Shown here piece after piece: positions 34,333 to 45,902 of a stretch of 64,000 nt of DNA. The notes under the pieces were generated by a model. The model worked only from the letters and a program-made list of their open reading frames with translations. It ran no database searches and was not told the origin of the DNA. A program made the position numbers and the translations under genes. The stretch comes from Diplonema japonicum. Its lineage: Eukaryota; Protista; Euglenozoa: Diplonemea. Numbering within the stretch: position 1 is the stretch's first letter; every line of letters starts with the position of its first letter. The DNA lies in assembly GCA_964019335.1 (NCBI GenBank), contig OZ025660.1, positions 124,001 through 188,000 of the forward strand, in the 5' to 3' direction.

Positions 34333-36765
34333 CTTTACAATGGCAAATCTTTTTCTTTCTTTGGTCTTCAAGCAGGTGATGACCACCGATGCAAAGCGGT
34401 GGTTGCTCATTCTCTCTTCTCCCGCTTTTAAACTTCCTGTACCCACCGTCCGCAAAAGGTTTTTTTTCTTTTTTTTTTCTTTTTTTTCCCCCCAAATATA
34501 AACAGACCGTGGATGACCAGGAAAAGGTTTAAAAGAAGACTGAAACAAAATTTAAGAAGGGGGACACCCCTCTTCGGTATTTCTTTTCTTTTTTTCTTTC
34601 TTTCTTATTCTTACTGAAACAAAAGTTTTGAGGTGGAAGGAAGGGAAGGATTGGGGAATGGACTTGGGGCTAAGGGGGCTTTTCTTTTTTTTTTTTTTTC
34701 TTTTTTTTTTTGCACTGAGCCCACCCTACAAACAAGGTCACGGGCTTCTTTTTCAGAGAACGACTGTGCAGCCTATATTTATTTTGAAAAGTAAGAAAAA
34801 AAGGAGGTATTCACGCTCATAAACAAGTTACACAAGAGAAAAAAAAAGGGGGGGGGGAAGGAAAGAAACAAGAGAAAAACAGGGAGGGGATAATCTTTCT
34901 TAATGTGACCACTTTAAAAAAAAAAAAAAAAGGGAAACGAGAAAAAGACACATATTTTCTTGCCTTCAAAAATTTTCTTCCTTTATGTCGCTAAGCATGA
35001 TGAGCACATCAAGAACCATGCACCAGGGCAAAAATAATCCATGGTACGGTTTTTAAATTGCCATCAAAAAAAAAAATGTGTGTGGTGGGGAGGGGTGGGA
35101 AATTGATTGTATGAAGACATTCTTTTTTCTCTTTTCTTTTTTTTTTATACTTAAAAAAAAAAAACGCCACTTCTTCGCACGAAAATAAAGCCTCTCTTTC
35201 TTCTTCTTCATTCTTTTTTTTTTTTCTTTTTTTTTTTTTTAAATTATAATTTATCTCCCCTTTCATTCTCTGCAAAAGAATGAAAATGATAATAACGATA
35301 AATAAAATTTGGAAAAAAAAAAAAAAAAGAAAAAAAAAACCTTTTGGAGCTTTTGCCTCATAATCACTACTAAGTTTAATGATATCAGGCAAAAGTAGAG
35401 AAATAATAAAAAAATAAAAATAAAAAAAAAGAGAGAAGCAATGGTTAGCCCTGTCAGCCTCATGCCCTTGCAAACAAAATAAATAAATAAAATCACCATA
35501 AAAAAAAGCGTTCTTTTGCACGATCCTTTCCCCCCCTTTTTTTTTTTTAACCTTCTACAGACTGGGATACGGACAACAAGCCATAAAGGGGCGTCGGGGG
35601 GGGGGGGGGTATATTGACTTTGTTCTCAAATACTTCCCAAGTAAAGTGCAAGCTTAACAACCAGCACAACCAGCAGACTCGAGGCGCATTCTGGTGTGTC
35701 CTTTAAAAATGGTTAACCCCCCCCCCCCCCCCCCATTGCTAATTGAAGATGACATCTCCTAAATAAAAAACTCCTTCCTTTTCTTTTTAAATCCCCTCAC
35801 ACTAGCATAGCAGAGTGCCCAAGTAGCCCTTTCTACTACGACTTCAGTTCTTTCTTTCTTTTTTTTTCTCTTTCTCGAAAGTAGCTTTTTCTTCAGACCA
35901 ACATTATTAATGTTTATCATCTTTTTTCTTTTTCTTCTCCCTTCTTTTTTTTCTTTCATCTTTAGGAGTGGGGGCTAATATCTCACACAAAAACCCTTCT
36001 TTTTTTATTTATATTTTTCCTTTCTTTCTTTGTTTTTTTTTTTTCTCTTTTTTTTTCCGGGAAGGGGAAAAAAAAGGCTTATTGGAGAGACACAAAAAAA
36101 AAAAATACAAAAAAAAAAACTTTTTTTTTAGAGTGCTTAATATTGTATTTGGTGATGTGGTGGAAGGGGGAAAAGAAAACAATCGTTTCTTCTTTTCCCC
36201 TTCTTAGTTTCCCCTCATTTTCGCCTGTTAACAGCTTTGGAGCAAAAGCTGGCAGGTTCACTGGGAATTCTATTTGCGTTCACCCCCAGAGAAATTTATA
36301 TAGCGGAAAGGTAGTAGCTAGCTAGACATAACGTTGCGCTGTAGGGCCCTACTAGAAGTCCTGCGGTTTCTCAATAAATAAAAAAAAGAATATAAAAAAA
36401 AAAAAAACAAGACATTTTTACACAGAAAACAGGAACGCCAAGATTTTGCTTTTTTTTGTAGTATTTCTTTTCTTCTTTTCTTCTTTTTGTTTCGTTCATT
36501 CTTTTTTTTTTCCTTCCCCCCCCCCCCAGAAACAGGATCTTTCTTTTTTTTGATATTTTTAAATTTTTCGAACCGATTTCTAAATATTCCGCAGAAGGAA
36601 TATTAAGGGAATCTTCTCGGTCCACATCCCAAAATCCTGTACAACTTCTTTTTTTCTTCTTCTTATTTTGTCACTCTGACCTCTTCCTGCCCCTCCAGCA
36701 ACCTTGTGTCACTTGCCCGGAAGGGGAGGAGGGGAATAAAAAAAGAATTTTAAAAAACAATATAT

Positions 36766-37080
36766 GAGTTAAAGGAGGCCGGTGTTGGCGGCCCTGCACA
36801 AGAACTGTCTACTTGATTACAGGGGGCGCGCCGCGGTCGAATTGTAGCTTCTTCTGCGTTCCGCGTCGTGTCCTTAATGCGTGCGGTGTACAGCTCAACC
36901 CCAGCCGGTGCGTCCCGGGTAACCAAGATTCTGCGCTCGTGCAGTTTGCTGCCTGTTCGTCACCCTGAGCATCTGCATTATGTTCTTCCACTCGGGCGCT
37001 ACCGGTGATGACCGACGAGGAGGTCAACAGCGAACAACACATCTGATGTTTTTCTTATATTTTCATGTTATCCCCACCAC

Positions 37081-37082
<2 letters not shown>
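36766..37082 (-). repeat. Dispersed ~300-bp repeat (probable retroelement 3' end / SINE-like), copy 1
   Basis: Near-identical blocks at 40716-40936; terminal part also at 44751-44793. Confidence 0.8.
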
Positions 37083-37119
<37 letters not shown>

Positions 37120-38347
37120 AAACTGAAGGAACAAAACACCGAGAAAAAAAAAAGAGTGAAAGATATGTGAAAAACAAAAAAAAAACAAAAAAAAATGAAT
37201 AAAATAAAATTCACCATGATAGGTTAGCAACGACCCCAGAAAATATATAAAATATAAAAGGAGGTGAATGGAGGCCGATGTTGAAATGTGTTTGGACCTT
37301 ATTATCTTATCTTAGGCATCTTTAAATCAAGAAATAAATATTATCTGTGTCTTTATCAGTCAGGGGTTCTTCTTACGTAGAATATTGCATGTATTATAAT
37401 GCCTATTTTAGAAGTCCAAATTCTGTAATGGGATATTACAACTTGACCATTGAGTTGAGAAAAGAAAGAAGCGCAAAAAGAGGAAAAGATAACAAAAAAA
37501 AAAAAAAGCTGCCTCTTTTTAAAAAATAGTTATTCTTAACAATCGCTTGTAAGGTGAGTATAGTCCTCATACCGGTATTTTCCTTTTTTTTCCCCCTCCT
37601 CCCTTACTTCTTTCATACCGAATGCACCTCCGTTAGTCCTGAATTAAAAAGGTAAAAAAAAAAACAAAAAAAATTAGCATTTACGCACTCCGACAATGGA
37701 AAAAAAAAAAATGAAACACCCTTCTTTTATTTTTTTAAAGAAAAAGAGAAAAATGAGAGAGAGAAAAAAAAAAGAAAAAAAAACAAAAAACACCTGTTTA
37801 CGGCGCTCTGTCAAGGCCTTCTTTTTTTTTGTTTCCTTCTGTTTTCATTGCTCCCCTCTCCCCCCATAATTTTCTTTTTGACCGATTTTCCTTCGGCTAA
37901 AAAAAACCTTTTGGGGGAAAAAAAAAAAGAAGGAACCTATTCTTTCTTCTGTTTTGAAATTATATCTCTCTTTTTTTTGCTGACAAAACCTATACAAAAA
38001 AATCACGGCACTTCTGAAGAAAAAAGGAGGGAAGGTAGGTAACGACCACCTTCACCCCCCCCCTTTTTTTTCTTTTTTCCAAAGAAAAATCACTCTAGAA
38101 CAGGAACCACAAAAGAAAAAGAAAAAGAAAAGAAAAAGCCATGTCAAGCATTCCTTTTTATATTCGACAACAAAAAATAAGCCTAGCAGAGCGCCTACAG
38201 AGTATAAGTATAAGAGTAAAAAAAGGAAGAGGGGAAAAAAATTCACACACTGGAGGGGGGGGAGGGCCTATTTTGGATAAAGCGCCATTTTTAGGGGAAA
38301 AAGGGACAATGAATATATAAGTAGGGAGGGAGGACCTACTTTCTGTT

Positions 38348-38383
<36 letters not shown>

Positions 38384-40075
38384 TAATAGACCTGAATATC
38401 ATCATTTAGCCCAGAGCACGTGAAGAATAACAGCTGAGTCAAACCAGGGCGAGCTCTGGGGCATAGTTCTACGTTTTGTCCCTGATGCCCCAGGGGTACT
38501 GGTGACCTGGAGGCTGGAATGCAACCGTGCAAGTGGAATGGTCCAGTGCAAAAAAAAAAAAATGTTTGGCTCAGCCCCTTTTTTTCCCCTATTTCTTTTT
38601 CTTCTGTCCCCCTCCCCTTCTCTTCTTTTTTATTTTTTATTTTGCATATATTTATACTTTTTTTTTTGAGGGAAAGAATTGCAGTCGACAATCAGACAAA
38701 AACCGTATTTGACATTTTTTCCTTTCTTTTTTTTTTTTTTTTTTTTTCCCTTTTTTTTTTTTAAAAAAAACCTTTTTTCTTTTTTTTTTTAAAAGCGGAA
38801 TATAGAGGGGGGAAGTAAAAGATAATTTTCTTTGTGTATGCACTTCCGCCGCCCCCCCCCCCCAAAAAAAAAGAAACGCTATTTTGCGGAAGTAATATCC
38901 TTTTTCTTTTCTTTTTGACTTATTGTCAAACTGCTGTTTCTTAATCCCATCGTTTTCATTCCTTTTTTTATTTTTTTATTTTTTTCTTATTTATTTTTTT
39001 CCTTTTTCCATCTGTATCCTTTCTGTGAACTTCCTCCTATTTTCTTTTTCTCCCTCTCCTATTTATTTTGTAGAAATTGAGACTTCCATAATTCTTGTTC
39101 ATCTCACCCTTCTGGATGCTTAACGAGCTATATTTCTCTTGTATCTTGTCAGATCCAGGTATATGGCATAGAGTATGGAAAAAAAAAAGAAAAGCAAGAG
39201 AAACATAATTCCCCTTTTTTTTCTTCTCTTTTTCTTTCTCTCCCTTCTTTCTGGAATCTCGCTGGGAAAATAAAAAAAAGAAAAAAAAAGGAAAGACGAA
39301 GAAATAAGAGAAAAGAAAAGGAGGGGGGGACACTTTGGTCGCTTTTTTCTGAACACAGAATGATATCTTTTATTCTAAATCAGGAAGGAAGGGAAAAAGA
39401 AGGAAAAAAAAAAGAGAAAATAAAAAAAAGAAAGAGTGAAGAGAAGGGGCAGGGGCAGGGGCAAGGAAAATCTGGCTCTTATGCACTGCAATGGGTTACG
39501 TCAAGAGGCTTTTTAAGCCTCTCCCCATAAAATACCGCAGAGCACAAAACAAAAAAAAAAAGGGTTGAAACGGGGGGGGGAATTCTTTAAACAAAAGGGG
39601 GTCAAAATATTCCGACCCAATTGGAGAACAAAAAAAAAAAAAAAAAAAGAGAAGAAATGGTAGCAAAGGAAATAAAAAAAGAAGAAAGAAAAGAAGAAAA
39701 AAAATATAAAGGGCATAGGTGGATGTCGGTTCTTACATCTCCCTAAGAAAGATCCTCAAGAATCTCCTTCAGGAGTAGTGGGGAAGAGGGGTTGTTGGGA
39801 TGGAAATAAACAAAGGGGGAGGTAAACAAAAGGTCACCCATTACCTCGAAAATGGTTTTATTTTATTTCTTTTTTTTCCTTTTTTTACCTCCTGTTCATT
39901 GTCTCTCTCGCTTTTTCTTTTCTTTTTTTTTCCTTTCCATTCTATTCTTTCTTTTTTTTTTTCTTTTTTTTTTTTTTTACTCAGAAAATTTTCATTTTCT
40001 GAACAACAATTATTTTTTCTTCCCCCCCCCACCGCACGCATTGCTTCTAAGCCCAGTTGTTTTAAAAGTTTTCGG

Positions 40076-40119
<44 letters not shown>

Positions 40120-40402
40120 TTGTTGAGATAAAAGGGGTGCCCCTTTCCCGCATGGAAGGCCATTTCCTTCTCAAGTGCTGCATCACATAAAGTTGCCATT
40201 TCCTGCTGGGACGAAACAATTCGCAAAGCTCCTGTTTTTTTTCCCCCTCCTTTTTTTTGTTCATAACATCTTGTTACCTATTCCAAGGGAAGGGGGGGGG
40301 GGGGGGGGGGAAGAGTAAAGGAATGCAGGGAGAGGGGGGTGGGGTGGTGATATAAAAAAATATTTACTGCAAAAACCTCATTTTTCTTTTCTTTTGGAGA
40401 CC

Positions 40403-40448
<46 letters not shown>

Positions 40449-40715
40449 CCCCCTGCCCTTATCCGTTCGCCTGACTTATAGAAAAGTCTCTGTTTAAGGG
40501 ACAAAGAACTTAGAGGTTAACCAGTATTTATTCTTTTTTTTTTTCTTTTCTTCCTCCCCTCTCACTTTGCAGCAACAACAAATAAAAACACCCCCCTCCT
40601 TTCTTATTTACCTCCAGCTAAAATCTTCCACCAAATTGAACAAAAAAAAAGGGGGGAGGGGACAAAAGGGGAAGAAAAATAAATAGCAAAAGAAATTGAA
40701 ACAAAATATATAAAA

Positions 40716-40936
40716 GAGTTAAAGGAGGCCGGTGTTGGCGGCGCCCTGCACAAGAACTGTCTACTTTATCTTCTTCTGCGTGTACAGCTCAACCCCACTC
40801 GTGCAATTTGCTGCCTGTTCGTCACCCTGAGCATCTGCGTTACGTTCTTCCGCTCGGGCGCTACCGGTGATGACCGACGAAAGGTCAACAGCGAACAACA
40901 CATCTGATGTACTTCTTATATTATCCCCCACCACCT
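40716..40936 (-). repeat. Dispersed repeat copy 2, with internal deletions
   Basis: Shares GAGTTAAAGGAGGCCGGTGTTGGCGG...CAGCGAACAACACATCTGATGT with 36766-37082. Confidence 0.8.
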
Positions 40937-42482
40937 GACCAACAAACAAAGGGAGAGAGAAAGAGAGAGAGAGATCATAAATAAGTGATTTCTTTTTTTT
41001 TTTTTTTTTTTTTTTGTAAACCTTAAAAAAAAGGTATGGGGAGGGGAGGGATAGATGATGAGGCAGCATTTGACTCCAAAACAAAAAAGAAAAAAAAAAC
41101 TTTTTTTTCCCCTCGTCGTCCACCCCCTCCCCCCCCATTTTTTCTTTTTTCTCTTGGTCATAAGAAAGAAAACAAAACAAAAAACATTTGGTCGCGGGTT
41201 CATAAAAAAAAAAGAAGAAAAAAAAAAGGAGAGGGTCCCCCGCCTAGACACAGTAAACCTTTTGCATCAACCCATCAAGAACTACTTCTTTCGTTTTCCC
41301 AGCATTTTGCACGGGGTGTGGGACAAGAGGGCAGAAGGCAAGGTATCCCAACAACGCACCTTAAGGCTGTATATAGTTCTTTTTCTTTTAGAAATAGGAG
41401 ATAGGGTTTTTACAGCAAATCTATTTCGTGTGAAATCTCCTCCTAGTGGCATAGGAGAGGCGGGGGGGGGGATTTAGTCTAATATAGCATTTTTATTAAA
41501 TTATCGTTACATCATAATTAATGATTCCTGCAACTCATTGTTAACGCCAAAAAAACGGGGGTGAGGGGTGAGGGGGGGGGTGACACATAAAATTCTCTTC
41601 TTGTTGTCGTTGACAATCCATTTTACACCATTCTTTTTTTTCTTTTGTTTTTTTTTTCTTTTTTTTCTTCCCCTCTTTTTTTTTTCTTTTTTTTTTCTTG
41701 CATTAAAAAAAATGGCAACGGCAACGGGTAGTAGCACACAAAATAAAACAAATTCGTAGTTATCTTATTTTTCATCCAAAACAAAAAAAAAAGAAAAAAA
41801 ATAACGGACGGCAGTGCTAGGTGGCGCACTTGATCCGCACAACAAAAAGTAAAAAAAAAAAAAAGAGGGTTTATGGACCGATAGGGAGTGGGTTGTGTCA
41901 CAACCTTTCTTAAAGCCTCAGTTCTGGAGTACTTTTAATTTTTTTTTTTAATTTTTCTTTTTTATCTTTTTTTTTTTTTTAAAAAAAAGGGGGGGTGGGG
42001 GGTGAAAATCTTAAAAAATCGGAGTGAAAAAGGCTGTTGTGTCTTGAAATTTACCTTGGATTGGTCTTCCTCCGGAGTCACTATCTTCCCTATTATGACT
42101 ATTTATCAATTAGAACATATGGTCAATTATTTTTTTTATTTTATTTGTATTTGTCCGTGACTTTCTTTTTTCTTTTTTTGAAATGAATTTCTTAGCTTTC
42201 TGCGTGTTCCTATGAATTTCATTTGATATGTGATATGTGCACAACAACGAGTTTTGAAGATAGAAAAAAAAAAGAAAAAAAAAAAGCAACTCAAACAAAT
42301 CAGCTGTGTTATTGACCAGCTAGGCCACAGAACTTTTGTTACGTTTTTTTTTTCTTTTTTTCTTTTTTCCTCCTTTTTCTTTTTTTAACCGTCGTCTCCT
42401 TTTTCGTTTTTTCTCTTTGAAAACGGGAAGAGAGGAACAGGAGGTAGCAAAGTATTTCACTCCCTATCCACACACACCACGG

Positions 42483-42513
<31 letters not shown>

Positions 42514-42944
42514 CTTTGGCTGGAATGAACAAAATATCATTTTTTTTCTTCTTCTTCTCTTTTTTTTTTGTTGCTTGATTGTATCTTTCCCTTTTCTTTT
42601 TTTTTTTTTTTTTTTTTTCTTTCTCTTTTTTTCTTTCGTCTTCAGAAAGGTGACCAGTCGTAGAGTAGGTGAGAAACAAGTTTATTTCCACTAAGGACCC
42701 GGCCTATGTCCAAAATTGGGTCATAGGTGATTTAAGGGGGAGTTCTTTTTAAAACCTGGAAATTTGGCAAAACCGTCTGAAGGTTCACTAAATTCTTTTT
42801 TCATTCTAACCCTGTTTTTTTGAGGTTTAACAACGGTGGGAAACCTCTTATCAGGTGAACCCCGCCTGAGCGCCAAGAACTGGAATTTTCTTTTTTTTAG
42901 CAACAAAATGCGGGCTGTGATGGGTCACTTAGCGGATATGAAGC

Positions 42945-42976
<32 letters not shown>

Positions 42977-43041
42977 ATAAACTAAATATAACGCAATTGT
43001 ACCCCTTTTTAGGCGGAGAAGTGAAGTTGTTCGCTTTCAAC

Positions 43042-43072
<31 letters not shown>

Positions 43073-43510
43073 TACCTCAAAAAGGGGGGAACAAAAGCGA
43101 GAAACAAAATGCGATATTACTCTTCTTTAAAGTAAATATGCGAAAGCAAGAGGTAGGAATGCCACCTTTTTTTTGCTGGGGGGGGTTCTCTAGATTTTTC
43201 TTTCTTTTTTCTTTTTTAAAAAATTCTTTTTTTACTGATATTTAATATTTTTTCTTTTTTTCCTTTTATTGAATGTGTTTTTTTTTCTTTTTTTTTATTG
43301 CTTTTTTTTTTTTCTTCTCCTCGACTATTGGCTTTTTTTTTTCTTTTAAAAAAATTCTTATTTCGTTAAAAAAAAAAAAAAAATAGGTTAAAATATTCAC
43401 CCAATCCCATATCCCTCCCCCCCCCCCCCTTTTTTTAAATACACCTGTCTGTTTTATACTGGACACTCTAGGTGTTTTAAAAAAAAACTTTTTTTTTCTT
43501 TTTATGTAAA

Positions 43511-43936
43511 TTACGACCGGTGGGGGGTCTCTGACGATCGCTGTTCGTTCTTTCTCTTCTCCACGGAGTGCTTGAACTTGTGCACATGAACGCGGGAACA
43601 GTGGGAGAAGTTACAGTGGCCCAGTGTGAAAGACTTGCAACGCACGATTAAAGAGTTAGAGGTTTTCCACTTAGCAGAACACTCCCTGCATCTCAGTGTA
43701 ACAGAGGTCTTCTTTGCCCTCACATTATCCCAGGAATTATGCAGGCACGGAGCCACCCTGCCCCTGCTGAACAAGACCCCAGTCTCACTTGGTTCGCCAC
43801 CGCCACCATCACTGTCACCCAGGGACGACCGAGACCCACCCAAGATTTCATCAACTTCACTCTCGCTGTATTGGTACACGTTTTGGTCCTCCGGCTCAGT
43901 GTCTATCATATACCAATGCCAAGACCACACTTCGCA

Positions 43937-43939
<3 letters not shown>
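43511..43939 (-). CDS. Small Cys/His-rich protein with a CxxC ribbon plus a CCCH-like zinc finger
   Basis: PCLHNSWDNVR...LRCRECSAKW...CKSF..GHC...C..VHVH. Isolated homopolymer-free ORF. Confidence 0.75.
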
Positions 43940-43969
<30 letters not shown>

Positions 43970-45397
43970 TGTGTACACTTTTATCTTTTTTTTTTTTGTG
44001 GGGGAGCCCGCAAAAAAAAAAAAAAAGGGAAAAAATAGGAATGGGAGAGCAAAAAAAAAAAAAAAAAAGTTAAGGAGGAAGAGGAGGAGGAGGGCGAATT
44101 GAGTTACCTACTAAATGCTTTAAAACGAAAGAGAAACGTAAAAGAAGAAAAAGAAGAAAAAAGTGGGGCTTTGGTTGCAACACTATTTGGCGTTAAGTGT
44201 GCAGCGCTAAACCGCGAGAAAAAAAAAAGGAAATTTGGGTACGCCTCCTTGAAACGCTTTGGATTTTCTTTTTCTTTTTTTCTTTCCCATATCACTTTTT
44301 TTTTTCTTTTTTTTTTTCTCTCACCCCAGAATCCATGTGTGAAGGGGTCATTTAGTGGCCATTAGGGAGAAAATGGAGGACATAAAAAAAAAAAAAAAAA
44401 AGGTGGTAACAAAAAAAGTAAGAGAAAAAAAAGGTGGGGGGGGGATTCTTTTTTTTTTGTTCGAGCACAAAAAAACTACAAAAAAAAAACTACAAAAAAC
44501 ATTTTCTATTCAAAAAAAAAAAAAAAAAAAAAAAAAAAACCGTCAGGCGAGGGTAATGGGCAGGGCGTTGACACATCTGACTGAGAAGGTCGTTTTGCCC
44601 TTGACTTTTATCTAAGGGAGGGGAGGACCACAAATTACGGGATTCTTCTTTCATTCTTATGTTTTTCTTCGGTGATCTGAAGAGGTTCGCATCCCTTCAT
44701 GTGCGTCGGCATTATCAACCTTGAGAAGGAAAAGGGGAAAAATAATATAAGAGATAAAAGAGGCCAGGGTTGGTGGCCCTGCACAAGCACTGTAATCTTG
44801 AAATAAAAGTCGACACAGAACGTGTTGTTTAAAAAAGAAAGGGGGAAAAACCCGCACACATTTTTTTTTTTTTTTTTTTTTTTTGCTAACGTTCCCCCCT
44901 TTTTTTGTTGTTTAGACAAGTCAAAAGACTCGCTCTTTTTTGGAAAAAAAAAAAAAGAAAAAAAAAAAAAAACACAATTTTTAACCGTTCGCTTTAAAAA
45001 AAAAAAAAAAAAGAAAAAGAAAAAACTGGTGTGGAAAAAATTTAAAAAATCATCCAACCCCCTCCAGTCGTTCTAAAAAACGACGGAAGGGCTTCTTTGT
45101 AACACTACTCATCCTCTTCTTCTCAGGGATATTTCGGAACCCTAAGTTGCGAGGAAGGGCAAGGACAGGGCCCCAAGGGTGACCGGTCTTGGCATTCTCC
45201 CAAAGTACTTGAATCCTTGCCATTGTTGGACCCGGGTATTGAGGGCGGGGATTTTCTGTCGCCGTCCCTTGAAAAGTTGAGGATAAGCAGTTTTCTTTTT
45301 TTTTTTTTCCTCCCCCTACCAGTACAACAAAAAAAAAAAAAAAAAAACAAAAAAAAAAAGGAGAGACGGGAAAAAAAGGGAAAAAAAAAAAAAAAAT

Positions 45398-45683
45398 GAT
45401 AAATTTCGGTGTGCGGGTGGGTGCTCACCGTTCAGGGAGAAATTCATACTACCATTCTTTGCTGTGCACTTTTGAATACGTCTTAAGATGTATCGCCCCT
45501 TCCAGCCTTCTCTGTAGGGGTCCAGCCAAGGACTGTCGGGTCTGCTCATAGTCTACAGCGAGTCCCATCGTCGTGACGGACGTCAACGTCCTGCCTGTGT
45601 ACCATCTTAGGCTCTTCCCGATGCTCCGCTCGATTTTTCAACAGCTCCCCGTTGTGATCTCATCCCACGGGCTGGTGGTCAGG
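45398..45683 (-). pseudogene. Degenerate, internally deleted 3' fragment of an older relative of the adjacent LINE
   Basis: Matches 46140-46450 (AAGATGTATCGC, TCTGCTCATAGTCTA, GTACCATC, CTCATCCCA) and the 3' terminal motif at 45856-45909. Confidence 0.75.
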
Positions 45684-45902
45684 AAAAAAAAAAAAGAAAA
45701 AAGAAAAAAAAAAAAAAAAACTGCTGATTCTTCGGCGTCATTAGGCCCCTTCCCCGCCATTGCGGGGTTGTACCTTAAAAAACCCACAGTTTTGGTGACG
45801 CGGTGGATAAAGAGGAGAAAAAAAAAGTGAAACGAGGGGGAAATAAAAAAAACTCGATAAAATTTCAGTGTGCATGGGGGTGCTCACTGTTCAGGTAGAA
45901 AT

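Noticed and set aside
42691-42932. Possible TIR pair CTAAG(T)GACCC
   Set aside because: The match is too short and imperfect, and there is no second copy.
32244-43466. Numerous poly-Phe/poly-Lys ORFs here and elsewhere, and poly-F/K N-terminal extensions of real genes
   Set aside because: They are translations of A/T homopolymer-rich intergenic DNA with no protein-like composition.
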